From Takakia lepidozioides (lineage: Eukaryota; Plantae; Bryophyta): DNA of 64,000 nt. Below are positions 11,346 to 23,055 of this stretch, piece by piece. Location: NCBI GenBank assembly GCA_030704615.1, contig CM060732.1, positions 37,386,001-37,450,000 on the forward strand. The letters are read 5' to 3'. The translations under genes were made by a program, and so were the position numbers. The notes under the pieces are model-generated. The model searched no databases and had not been told where the DNA came from. It worked only from the letters and a program-made list of their open reading frames with translations. Each line of letters starts with the position of its first letter. Position 1 is the first letter of the stretch.

Positions 11346-14300
11346 ATGGGTAAGGGATGTGGGATGTTGTTTTTTGGGACCATGATGATCATTTTGCTCA
11401 GCGCAAGTGTGTGCGAAGGAGGCAGAAATATAACTGTCCAGGCCCTTTCATCCTGCTACAGTAGCGTCGAGCAGGAAAACTTGGCATGCAGCAAGTCTGA
11501 TATTAGTGAGTTGCTCCTAGCGCCTCCATTACTCCTACCCTGTTCTAAGGTTATCGGCCCTGTCAAGTTTTATGGACCAAGTATTCTACATATATACTTG
11601 TAAAGCTGTCCACTCCACTGGAGAGGTTCTATGCTACAGCACTGGCATTGTTGCTCTCTTAACTTTCTGATCTGTGATAGAGATAGTGAGGCTTTGCTGA
11701 CCTCGATTCAAACTTTTGGCATCTGACAAAATTTAGATTGCATCCCACTTCCCCCCTTGTGCCCCCCCTGTAACCCTTCTTTTTGAAGGCTTGTTTCTAC
11801 ATATTTCGACCCTGAGTGGTTCTAGGAAGTTCTGTTTATGGTGTCTTCTTCTTGTGAACAATCTCTTTATCACCCTCCTCCCTCATTTCATATTTCCTGC
11901 ACTTCTGTCAACCCTTGTTTGCTAACTTCCATCTATCAACCAAAACTGATGAGACAAATTGGTGTGGCAGTGGTGATAGTTCGTGATGGGTTACAGTATT
12001 CAGAACCAGAAATAAAGCCAAGCAGGTGCTTGCAGTTGTGCGAAATGTGCTGGGATGCCAACTGGTGCCCTGTATCTTTGTATGCACCTCTGCACTTTAC
12101 CCCAGCACCAAGAATTTTGAAAAGTAATGTTTGAGCTTTATTGTCTATTACGTTTAGCTTTTAGTAGATTTTCTAATCACAATGTCTTTGCCACAGCTCC
12201 CATACTTCAAAGTGGCTTTGTTTTTAACCCTAGATTGGGCAATGGTATCAAAATCACTAATGTATTAACCAAATCGTGTAGAGCTGTTGAAGTACTAACT
12301 ACATGCAATCACTGCCTGCTGAAGACTGAAGTGAAGTCATAAAATCTCTGATGTTGAATGATTGTTGATTCAGGAACTTTTCTGCTGTATATAGTGGGAA
12401 ACGCTCTAATAGTGCAAGTATACATAACTGGAGTATCAATGAGATTTTCAAGCACAACGGATATGTGAATCTGCACAATTTGTCCTCAAAGCTAAATCAG
12501 TTATTTAGCAATGCCACTGTGTACCCCACTTTGAAATACCTCGACCTCTCGTACAACAATTTGACTGGAAACATTAGCACCTTGGAGGGCCTCAAATGGC
12601 TGACTACATTGTAAGTCCCTTTCCCGGCTGCCTTGTTTCTCCATCCTTTTGGCCCTGTGGGAATGTAAGTTATTACTAGGTCGTTACTTTGTTCATTTTT
12701 AACAGCTGTCAGAGCACTGTTTGGATTACTGTCAGAATTGAAAGCTCAAACTTTGTTTGCAAGTGACTTTGTCATGTGCAGACCACCAGGTGTTTGCTGA
12801 TAAGCAGATATGTTTGCTCAAGTGGTTCTTGAGACAGTTAGACATCGTCTTAAATATTCACTCTTACGGAACAAAGTGACACTAAGTCTGACTATTGTGG
12901 AAATGTATGTTTGACTTTGGATGTAGAGACCTCCGCAACAACAGTCTCTTTGGTAACATGAACTTCTTCACAAACATTTCTACTCTTCAAAAAGTGTGAG
13001 TACTGTCGCCATTTTTCCATGCAGAACCTTGTCATCTCTCCCCCTACTTTAGTTTTGTGAAGAATAGAAGCTTTACAATGAACAAAGGAAGCTCAATGAG
13101 CTTATGGGGCAAAGGAAAATAGTAAAGAAGCAAGACAAAAACGCGGGGCACCCTACAACCAGCCATCACAACCAACTTCTCAAAGGTGGAGAGCCACATA
13201 TAAAACAGGCTGCTAGTATAGCCATGTCAGGGGAGAGGATCAAGTAAATCACCTTCCCTGTAAGACAATGCCACCCAAGCATGGTGGAGACAATAAGGGG
13301 GATATGTGCGTGTGTGCCCGAACGACGTGTTCATGGCATCTTCATGGAAGCCATGAAGCGCCACAAGGGGAAGAAGCCAGCAATTCAATACACAAGGAAA
13401 AGCTACATTAAGTCGCTGGAATGTATCGCACATAAGCCCAGCTACCACTGGGGTTTCATATTTCTCTCCCATAGGTTCCCCCACGACCTCTGTGGACCCT
13501 GTTGGCATAATGCATTTCTTTCTCTTGTCCCATAACCTCTTTGTACTTCCACTGATGTTATAAAGTACCATTTCATTTCAATTCCTTCTACAAGACCTAC
13601 GGCAGATACTGGTGTCTTGTACCTTGATTGGAGAAAGTATCAAGATGTTGGTATCCTGCTGAGATGTGCAGCTGCTTTGTTTTGTGGGCTGTGCAACTCA
13701 GGAATGTTTCCTACAATGAGGGATTGACTATGAATTCATCTCTATTATCAGAAAGGTTTCAGCATTCCAGGTTGGTTGCTACATCGTGCTTTGTGTCTCC
13801 TTACCTCTTGCTTCCTGCAGTACCTTCACAGCTTTTTGCTCTTAATGAGATTCCAGTGGCGACCAGTATCTCATTTTGTTTTGTGGTATGCTTCTGTCGC
13901 ATCATCCCCTCCTATTCTTGGTATCTCTTTGGATGTCAACTGTTTTTAGAAATTTTACAGCCTGCCTTGGTGCTGGATGTTTTAAAAGTTCGTGTCAAAG
14001 TTGTAAATAGCTTGAGGGATAGCCCTGCTGATATAAGAATCCAATGATGGATAGATTCAGGCCGTAGGATGTGATGTTTTCTCTGCAAAGGCAACTGAGG
14101 CAGAGCCCTATAGTCTGTATAATTGCAGTGCGCGACTTTTGCACAAACCAGTGCCCTTTGTTGTAAACAGTACGTTCCCATTGTTTTAAACAGCCTTTCT
14201 TGGAAGAGGATTTGCTTTCAAACGGTCAACCAATTTAAATAATTAGGGCCAGGATTCTACACTTTTCTTTACTTTCGATAACATCTCGTGAGTTCTTGCT

Positions 14301-17300
14301 GCTTCTATTACATTGGGTTAGGGGTGTAAGGTGGGAATATTTTGGTTCCCTTCGTGTTTTGGCTTTCTTCTCAAGAACGGTTTAGTGGGATTCAAGCGCA
14401 GTTTTACCTGCGGCATCAGTCCCTCTTTCTATGAGAGGGCAGCACTCCACTAGGAGCGGCCTGGTTAGAAACAATTGGTATCTTGATCCCTTTCATGCAT
14501 ACATATGCATGTATACTTTCTTTCAACAACACTAACAAGTTAATTGGATGTGGAGGCAGTTTCTTGGGAACAAAAGATGATGGGACATGGCCAATTTCTG
14601 TTGGTAATGCTCAAGGGTATGGACCTTCTTCTCCAATTATTGGTAAGCCCCCCCCTTCCACTATCCCCGAAACAAAACTAAAGCTGTATACATGCCTTAG
14701 CTATCTGTTCTGAGCATCTGCTCACCGACCATTTCTCCCAAATCTCCCAAAATCTCTTTGTATTATGCATCGTCCACTTGCCATTCTTATTGTGTGCTCT
14801 GTTGAAGCTTCTTTCAGGCCTGAGCTACATAGTTGTGGCTGGGTTATCGTGACAAAAGAGCGACAACGTCTAAAACCTGACTACTTGTTCAAGGAAGAAT
14901 TGGAGTTTATTTCCATATCTCCTAATTCAACAACTACTGGGATGTCCTCCGGAATATCTGTCCTCATTGTCTAAATTACTGCAGCCTCTCTGAGTGGATG
15001 GTCATGTAATACTACCCACAAGCCTGTTTTGAGCAAGCATTTTGAGGAAGGCAGGAGATCAAAATCTGATAGAACAAGGTCAGGGGAATGCGGGACACCT
15101 GTTTTTACACTATGTGGCCATTCTTCCAGGTGGAACACGACATCTGAGACACATGGGAGCAATTATTGGCTTGACTTCGGGTATCATTGGAGTAGCTATA
15201 GTAACTTCAATTGTTGTATTTAATGTTTTAAGAAAGCGAGACGACAGCACTGTGCTTTCAAGAAGTCCTTCACTTGGAGGTGAGTTAAAGGGTTACTCTG
15301 TTCTACTGCCATAGGACATCTATACTGTAGGTTGGAGTTCTTTCTGTTCTATTTGTGTTTATGGTAGAATAAGGATTCACCAGACTTTCTTTGGCTTTAC
15401 TCATGCATGTAGGGGTCTTGTTGTGTTAGAAAGCTACTGATGTTACTTATTTCCCCGTCCGATGAAATGTTCCCACATACTGATGATGTGCTTCTGATGT
15501 TGGATGCAGCCAAGGTCCCAGGGATGCACCGGAGCCTAACACTGACATATGATGACTTGTCACAAGCTACCCTTCATTTCGATGAGGGACACATTCTTGG
15601 GGATGGCATCATGGGTCTACTGTTTAAGGGGTCTCTTGCTAATGGAACAGCAATCATAGTGCGCAGGATACAGAAGGGAATGCTCAAGAAGAAGCATGTC
15701 AGTGGTGTAGAGCTGCAGGCACTATATAGAATTCAGCATACAAACTGTTTGGCATTACGGAGTCATGTCAAAGCCAAACAGTCGACTCTTCTTGTTTATG
15801 ACTACATGGTCAATGGTTCCCTTGAGCAGGCACTGCATGGTGAGTCTTTCAATTTGCCTTGGTTTTTTCATGTGATCTGCATGAAGACTTCCCTTTCTCT
15901 TCTACTTTCTTGTGTCAATAGAGGCTTGATTGTTGGCCTCCCCTTATGGTTTCTGGCCATCCAAAGTCTCCCATTTCAGCTGACACAGGAAGTTGCACCC
16001 CCCCTGGAGTTTGTCTCAGAAGAGCTTGCCAGAGAAAGCTATGTGGAGAAAATGGAGTTCAATAGGTTTCAAGTCCATACCCACCACCTATACAAGGGTA
16101 AAATAGAAGTAATGTTTTGATTGTTCTGGTGTACACCAGGGAGGAAGCCTGACGAGGTGCCGTTGGCATGGCCTCTGCGGCTTCGATTCGCGCTGGGGGT
16201 GGCAAAAGCCTTGGCCTATCTGCACCATGATTGTAGTCCGCGTATTTTCCATTGCAATTTGACAGCCAGAAATGTCTTGATCGATGATTACCTGGAAGCC
16301 AAGCTGGCAGATATTGGTGTTTTCCAATTTGCTTCAGCATCCAGGTGGAAGGTCGTGGCTACAGTAGTGATGAGTGGGTATGCTGCACCCGAATATGCAG
16401 ACATGGGAGGCATGTCTGAGAAGATTGATGTGTACAGTTTTGGAATTCTGCTTCTGGAGCTTCTGACAGGGAGAAAACCAAAAGAGTTTGTGCAGTTGTC
16501 AGAGCCAACCAGCTTGGCTACTTGGGTAAGCTTTCGCTCTTTGTCTATCTCATATTTCTTGTGGATACCACCATTAGAACCTCAGACTCCCGCTGGAATG
16601 CTTCGTGGAGGAACATTATATGAAGTTATCCTGCTGTTCTGGTTTTCAACCTTTGAGAAGATTTTGAGTTACCCAGTGTCATAGAAATAGTGCTTGCTGG
16701 ATGGGTCCCGAACACTCCGGAAGCACCTGATACTGTAGCCAAGTACTCTACACCTTGAGCTCCAAAATAGAAAAAATTCGGTAAAAGCCTTGGAATCCCC
16801 TGGGCTGTTATCTTCTGAAATCATGTTGCTCTCTAGTGTGCATTTTGCGGCCCCCATGAACCAGGTTTCCATCGACATATTCAAGATAGGGAAAAATACT
16901 GACAATCAGTGCGAGTAGTTGTAGGGGCATGACTGCATGGTCAGAATTAATCTTGAGGATTCATGACCTACTGGGATGATTATTTCCCTGGGGGTAGTCA
17001 GTATATCCAGGCACCACTGGCCTCCAGTTTCAGGCAGCGTTTTGCTCCAGTTAAGTGTATTGTATCCTGTGGTATCTCACACAAATCAGGATGTCCCAAA
17101 TGCCTGGAAAGCAAAACCTGATTTTTTTTCAGGACGTGCATTCTGGTCTTGCCCAAGTGTTGCAGGTGCAGTACAAAATCTCTAATTGATGCTCAAACTG
17201 GGTTGGTGCAGGTTAGGGGACAGATAGAATGCAGTCAGGCTTGCACATTGATTGACACACATGTCAAGGCGACCACGGCATGCTCTGACAGGCTCCACCA

Positions 17301-17403
17301 GGTGTTGCGCACTGCAATGCAATGTACTGTAGCTGTCCCTCTTCACAGACCAACTATGAAGGAGGTGGTCAAGGTTCTCCAGCTTGTCACCCCATGTAAT
17401 TAG
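11346..17403 (+). CDS. LRR receptor-like kinase with few LRRs and a predicted inactive (pseudo)kinase domain, spliced
   Basis: Signal-peptide exon from 11346; LRR exons 12374-12610 (LKYLDLSYNNLTGNI) and 12927-12995 (LDLRNNSLFG); 14560-14642; 14985-15050; TM exon 15130-15279 (IIGLTSGIIGVAIVTSIVVFNVLRKR); kinase exons 15510-15839, 16140-16525 (LAYLHHDCSPRIFH, GYAAPEY, DVYSFG) and 17212-17403 (RPTMKEVV, TAG). The linkage between exon 1 and 12374 is unresolved. Confidence 0.85.
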
Positions 17404-17772
17404 GAGGAGCAGAGCTTGGCATGGTTTCTCTCATTACACCACTCGGAGACACGTACTTCCAGAGCCAGATATGGTATGTTCACGGGCAAGGTGTACGGTT
17501 GGAAACAGCAGTTTTTTGTGGTAGTTTCTTTAGAGATAGTCCTTATATTTATCCTCAATTGTTCAGATCGGTTGCTGGTTGTGTTATGCTGCACATGAGC
17601 TCTATGGCAGAATAATATGATTTGGATAACGAAAGAAAGAAAGTAGTTACCAGATTGTGTTGGCACAACGCTTTTACGGGCCAATGTATCACTGGTCAGT
17701 GAGCACATTTTCCCTCTTCATTTCTTCCTCATGGTTCCCATCCTGTCACTCTGACTAATGCACCCACGGTCT

Positions 17773-17949
17773 GCGGCGCCGCACACCGTTTAAGCCTCTG
17801 AATGTGTGCTTTGTCTGGAAGGGTAGGAATGGAGACTGCTGTTTGGCGTTCACAACAATGTAGGAAAGTGGTGTGCGGCATCGCACACCATCTCTGTAGT
17901 CTGGGTATTGACCCGTCTGGTTGGTTGGAAAAACGGTGTGCGGCGCCGC
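17773..17949. repeat. MITE-like fold-back with 19-bp perfect inverted repeats and a central palindrome
   Basis: GCGGCGCCGCACACCGTTT (17773-17791) / AAACGGTGTGCGGCGCCGC (17931-17949); TGGTGTGCG-GCAT-CGCACACCA at 17869-17890. Confidence 0.6.
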
Positions 17950-17968
17950 CCCATTTCCAGATGCTTGG

Positions 17969-18220
17969 AAGCACACCATTTTTGCTATGTATTCAATCAA
18001 GTATCCTCCATGCTTTCTGTTGCTGTCTACAGAGACATCAAAAAAAACCTTTTGGATAGGGCAGAAACGGTGTGCTTCTAAGCACATCATTTTTGCTATG
18101 TATGCAATCCATTTCAAGTACCCTCCATGTTTTCTGTTTCTGTCTGAAGAGACCTCTTTTGGATGGGGCAGAAATGGTGTGCTGCTAAGCACATCATTTC
18201 TGTTACGTATTCAATCCCTT
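17969..18220. repeat. degenerate tandem repeat, ~110 bp x 2.3
   Basis: AAGCACA(C/T)CATTT restarts at 17969, 18080 and 18187 with similar downstream sequence. Confidence 0.8.
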
Positions 18221-18770
18221 TCAAGGAGACGCGTCGCGGTAGATTCCTGATTTATGAAGGTGGATTCTTGCATCGAATGGATGCGAATGGTTTGTCATTT
18301 CATTTCTGGTTTGTCATTTGTGGTTTTCTGGTTTTATGTTTTGATGAACGAATCCCACAGTTATAAGCGCCCTTGGTTATAGGCGCCATATCTTTCTGGT
18401 GACGCGACGATGGTTGTCCTAGTGCCATGTCAGCATACCCACACCACGTGAGCAGGCTCACGCCACGTCGGTGTGACCGTATGCTCACGCCACGTCAGCT
18501 TTGTGCGCGCGACGCTAACAAGTGCGACGCTCATGCCATTATGTCGTTGGTTGGTATCCTTGGTTGGTATCCTCTTGACATGTGCAACTGCACTGTTTTG
18601 TAGGGGACAACCAACATGTAGCCCAGTGGTAAGGGCTTACGAGTGGTTGTGGGTTCAAACCAGTGTTGGCCGGGTATGGCATGTAGACATGCATACCCAG
18701 CGGTTATTTGCCGGTTATGCACATATGCATGCCCGGAAAGTGAAGCCCTGTAGGAACCGGCTATGGAAAG

Positions 18771-19657
18771 GAACCAGCAAAAGCCCAATTGAGGACAAAT
18801 ATAGGGACTATCTTTAAAGGAACTACCACACAAAACTGCTATTTCCAACCATACACCTTGCCCATGGACAGTATTGCCATATCTGGCTCTGGAAGTACGT
18901 GTATCCAAGTGGTGTATTGAGAGAAACCATGCCAAGCTCTGCTCCTCCTAAATACAGGGGGTGACAAGCTGGAGAACCTTGACCTCATAGTGTGGGTCTA
19001 TGAAGAGGCACAGCCACATTATATTGCATCGCAGTGTGCACCACCTGGTGGAGCCTGTCAGAGCAGGCTGTGGCCGCCGTGACACGTGTGTCTACTAATG
19101 TGCAAGCCTGACTGCATTCTATCTATCTCCTGCATTCTATCTACCTGCACCAACCCAGTTTGAACATCAATTAGAGAATTTGTACTGCACCTGCAAGACG
19201 GGGGCAAGACCTGAACACACCTCCTGAAAAAGTTCTGCAGATCAAATCAGGTTTAGCTGTCCAGACATTTGGGACATCCTGAATTGAGCGAGATATGCCA
19301 CAGAATACGATACACTTACTGGAGCAAGACATTGCCTGAAACTGAAGGCCAGTGTGCCTTGGTCCGCCAGAGAAATAATCATCCCAGTAGGTCATGAATC
19401 CTCAAGGCAGTCATGCCCCTACTAGTACTTGAATTGATTGTCACTATTTTCCCTATCTTCCTTGAATTTTTCCACCTGGTTCATGGGGTCACCAAATTCA
19501 TAGTAGACAGCACCATGATTTCAGAAGATAACAGCCCAGGGGACTGCGAACCTTTTATAAGCTCAAGGTGCAGAGTGCTTGGCTTTAGTATCGGTGGGTT
19601 CTGGACCCATCCAGTACCACAAACTGGGTGTGGTACTGGGTAACTGAAAATCTTCCC
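18771..19657 (-). pseudogene. inverted duplicate of the last intron, last exon and 3' UTR of the LRR-RLK
   Basis: Reverse complement aligns with ~16655-17581 (e.g. GAGAGAAACCATGCCAAGCTCTGCTCCTCCTA vs TAGGAGGAGCAGAGCTTGGCATGGTTTCTCTC) with substitutions and indels. Confidence 0.9.
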
Positions 19658-20689
19658 ATTGAGCTTCCTAACCGGCTAGAGAACCGGCATCGTGATTGTA
19701 AGCGTGTTATACCCGGAGCAGGATCCGGAGCAAATGTGGATGACGTAGAGGCAGAGCTAGATAATATAGGTATAGGGGTTGGTGATGGTAGTTAAGATTA
19801 TTGCATATGGACATATCCTGATTATGTCTTACTAGTAACAATACGTTTACAATGGTTGGGGAGATTAGGTGCACAGCATTGAAAATGTCCAAGTAAATAG
19901 GAAATTAATTAGTTGGGCATGTGGCTAAAACAATAGTTATAAACTTAGTGTATTATAGGGGCAGCTTGAAGGCAGAGATAGATGATAGATAGATGATAGG
20001 GGTTGAACCCGAGACCCACATGCCAATACACGAGTGGCTTACCACCATGCCACGGCCCTCTTGTGCAGTTTTACACACATACACAAAAATGCTAAGAGAA
20101 AGTAAAAATATAAAAATGGATGAATCCCATAACCGGTACCATGGAACCGGCAATTTTTAAGATGGCATAACTGGTAGATTGAGAACTGGACAAGAAAAAT
20201 TCATGTGTTTAATGAGAACCTGTAACCGAGATGTTGACCTTAAGTTAAAAATAAGGAATTCTCGTGCTTATGAAGCTAGGCTGCAGGTAATGACCAGATT
20301 TTGAAGCCAGGGTAAGATATGTCTCCCTGTCAACAATTGCCATAGTTCAAAACTTTGGTAGCCAGAACCACATCCATGGATGTTCACCTCAAGCAGGTCC
20401 TAGGGCTCCAAAGCAACCACCAGTACTATGTGTCCTGCAACAAGATCCTTAGAACCAAAACACCAGCAGGGTAGTAGTTCATCGAACCTTAAAATGTTGC
20501 GTGAGGTTTGCAGCCTGCGACATCGTTGTTATTAGTCAAACGACAGCCACCAAATTGTGAACACAATCGCTAAGCAAGGCAAGCAATTGCCAAAACAAGA
20601 ACGCAGCAAAAAGGAGACGAGAAGAGGGAGGACTTAGCACCAGAAGAGAGATACTTCTACAGTAAGAGGAAAGTGCTCCAGCAGAATTG

Positions 20690-21420
20690 CACTATCCAGC
20701 GAGCCCTTGTTTCTGACAGTACATAGGTACCAATGTCAGAGATTTCTCGATCTCTCCAAAGAATCGGCTGCCCCCATGGCCTCGTACACCATCATCAGGT
20801 GATGTGTAACACGCCTTGCATGGACAAAAAACCGGGCAGGTTTTGCATAATGGAAATCTCCGCTCAGCACGCCCAGCAAACAAGACTACGATTCCAGCCT
20901 TGTAACCTGTTAAAGCCAATTCACCTGCGGTACACGGATGATCTTCACGTCCAACCAGGTTGCGACAAAGGCTTGGACCTATTTACTAGGATTATCCACT
21001 TCTGCGATCTTCACCCTTTCAGGAGGTTCCAAAAACTCTCATGGAGTCCGCAAATCCAACCTCCCTTGCAGTGATCCAACACCAAATCTGTTCCAGGAGG
21101 TCCGTAAAGTCATCATACAAACACCATCCTGTAAGCCTTCTGTCTCTGATAGTACACCGACAACCTTGAGGAGAGTCTGCCGCCCCCAAAAAAAGTGCAA
21201 ACAGCAAACAGCAAACAGGTTTTCCATCAAGCTTTGAGCTTCTCGACTCTGACAATACCAGGGCCAAGGATACCATCGCATTCGTAAACAAGTTTCTGCC
21301 AAGTAATCGTGAGGGGTTCCTGTGAAAGGTAAGTCCAGGAACCACTTGGTCTCTTTCAGGGAGGCACACCACTTCAAAAAGAAACCGCATATGCCATCAT
21401 GGCAAAGCACGGAACATACC
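20690..21420 (-). pseudogene. possible decayed gene fragment of unknown identity
   Basis: Protein-like reading interrupted by stops (LQGRLDLRTP*EFLEPPERVKIAEVDNPSK*VQAFVATWLDVKIIRVPQ) with splice-like sites; no family recognised. Confidence 0.2.
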
Positions 21421-21556
21421 TTGAGGGGTAATCATGATAAACGATGGTAGAGCTTACCCGATCTTTTCATTATGATCTGCAGGTAGTCTAGGCGGTTACT
21501 TGGTCTGATGGGAAATGCAACATATCACATCCAGGGTTCAAAACATGAAGCCACCA

Positions 21557-22030
21557 AAGATAATGCTGTCACAAACAACCCTTATAAGATGCAAAAATAT
21601 ATATCAACAACCAATGCCAGTTCATTAATTCACTGCATCAGGTAAAGTTAAGTAAGGGTTATATAGAGAAATGACAGTTACATTACCTTTCTTAGAGAGA
21701 AGAAAGGCAGTAACCTGCATTGTCAAAAATATCCAGAGGAAATATCATTTTTTCTAAATAAAGAAAAATGATAAACTGCAGCAACGGGATTAAAGATAAT
21801 CCTGTCACAAATAACCCTTATAAGATGCAAAAATATATCAACAACCAATGCCAGTCATTACTTCACTGCATCAGGTAAAGTAAGCATTAGGTTATGTATA
21901 GAAATGACAGTTACATTATCTTTCTTAGAGAGAAGAAAGGCCGTAATCTGCATTGTCAAGAATAATCAGAGGAAATATCATTTTCCTAAATAAAGAAAAA
22001 TGATGATAAACCGCAGCAACATGATTAAAG
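21557..22030. repeat. tandem duplication, 2 x ~237 bp
   Basis: AAGATAAT(G/C)CTGTCACAAA(C/T)AACCCTTATAAGATGC begins at 21557 and 21793 and the copies align throughout. Confidence 0.9.
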
Positions 22031-22563
22031 AGAGGGAGAGAGAGGAGAGAGAGGGAGAGATCAGGAAACAAAAAGAAAAAGAGGAAGGTGGGGGGGGGGG
22101 GGAGTGACTGTGCAGCAGCTGCTCAGTCACTCTCTCCCCCCCCCCACCTTTTTGTTTTTTCTTTGTTGCCCCCTCTCTCCCTCTCCCTCCCTCTGGAAAC
22201 TGGGTTTATGGAATGGTTGTCCCAACTTCCATCTTTGAAAAAATTGAAAAATTGGGTTGCAGGGAATTTTAGATGTTTTTCATCCAGAATATTTTTATTT
22301 TTTTTCCCTAAGTGAAACATTTCTTCACTAATACCTGTGAGGTTTTGCTTCATCCGGACATCAACCCGGAATATATTGATTGCAAAATCCCCATCAGTAT
22401 TTATTTTATTTTTTTCAATCCAACCTGGATGAAAAAAGGACTTATTTAGGCATAAAGTTATTTTTTAGACACAAAAAAGAACTTTTTCCTATTCTAGACA
22501 TAGAAATAACTTTCTGTTACCTATTTTGGTCTTGTGCCTATTTGAGACAACCCCTTACAGCAG

Positions 22564-22570
22564 TATATAA
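22564..22570 (+). promoter_or_regulatory. TATA box (AGTATATAAG) upstream of hammerhead
   Basis: The same 10-mer lies 47-50 nt upstream of the hammerhead core in all four copies (22564+, 23794-, 53408+, 55556-). Confidence 0.65.
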
Positions 22571-22608
22571 GCTGGGGGTGAGGCTCTGTGTACCTCATTC
22601 CATTTCTC

Positions 22609-22650
22609 TCCCACTGATGAGCTCACTTGTTGAGCGAAACTAGTCTGGGA
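22609..22650 (+). ncRNA. minimal type I hammerhead ribozyme (intact core)
   Basis: UCCCA-CUGAUGA-GCUCA(CUUGU)UGAGC-GAAA-CUAG-UC/UGGGA: stem I, conserved core, stem II, palindromic ACUAGU stem III; GUC cleavage after 22645. Confidence 0.9.
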
Positions 22651-23055
22651 CTTTATAGAGATTGGCTACTATTCTGCATCTAAGGGTTCTTGTCTCAATG
22701 TTTCTTCTATGCTGTTGAGCCTTAGGTTTGCTATCATCTATTGCATGCTTTAAACTCATTCTCGAGTGTTGCGTGTTAGATGAGCATCTAAGTCGTTCTC
22801 TACTATGTCTATTCTCTAGCAAAAGAGATAGGGTACTATTCTCCTGTCATCTCAGTGAAATAGTTTCAATCACATATATTTGTCTATTTTTTTGCAGTTG
22901 CATTTAGAACATCAACATCACTTCTTTTTAGCTTTTTGTCTCTCTGGATCAACGCTATTAGTTTTGATTCCCAGGATCTAGATATCTACAAGTTTTTTCA
23001 AGGCGCCCATACCCGCCCCCCCCCCTAAAAACTTTTTGGTTCGGATTGTGTTCTT

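Larger units (their letters stand above)
22540..23055 (+). mobile_element. diverged partial copy of hammerhead-bearing repeat family X (Penelope-like/retrozyme-like)
   Basis: TATA 22564, hammerhead 22609-22650; downstream sequence aligns with the reverse complement of ~23247-23795. Confidence 0.75.

Noticed and set aside
13050-14480. Transposon remnants in the RLK intron
   Set aside because: No diagnostic motif or boundaries could be identified by eye.
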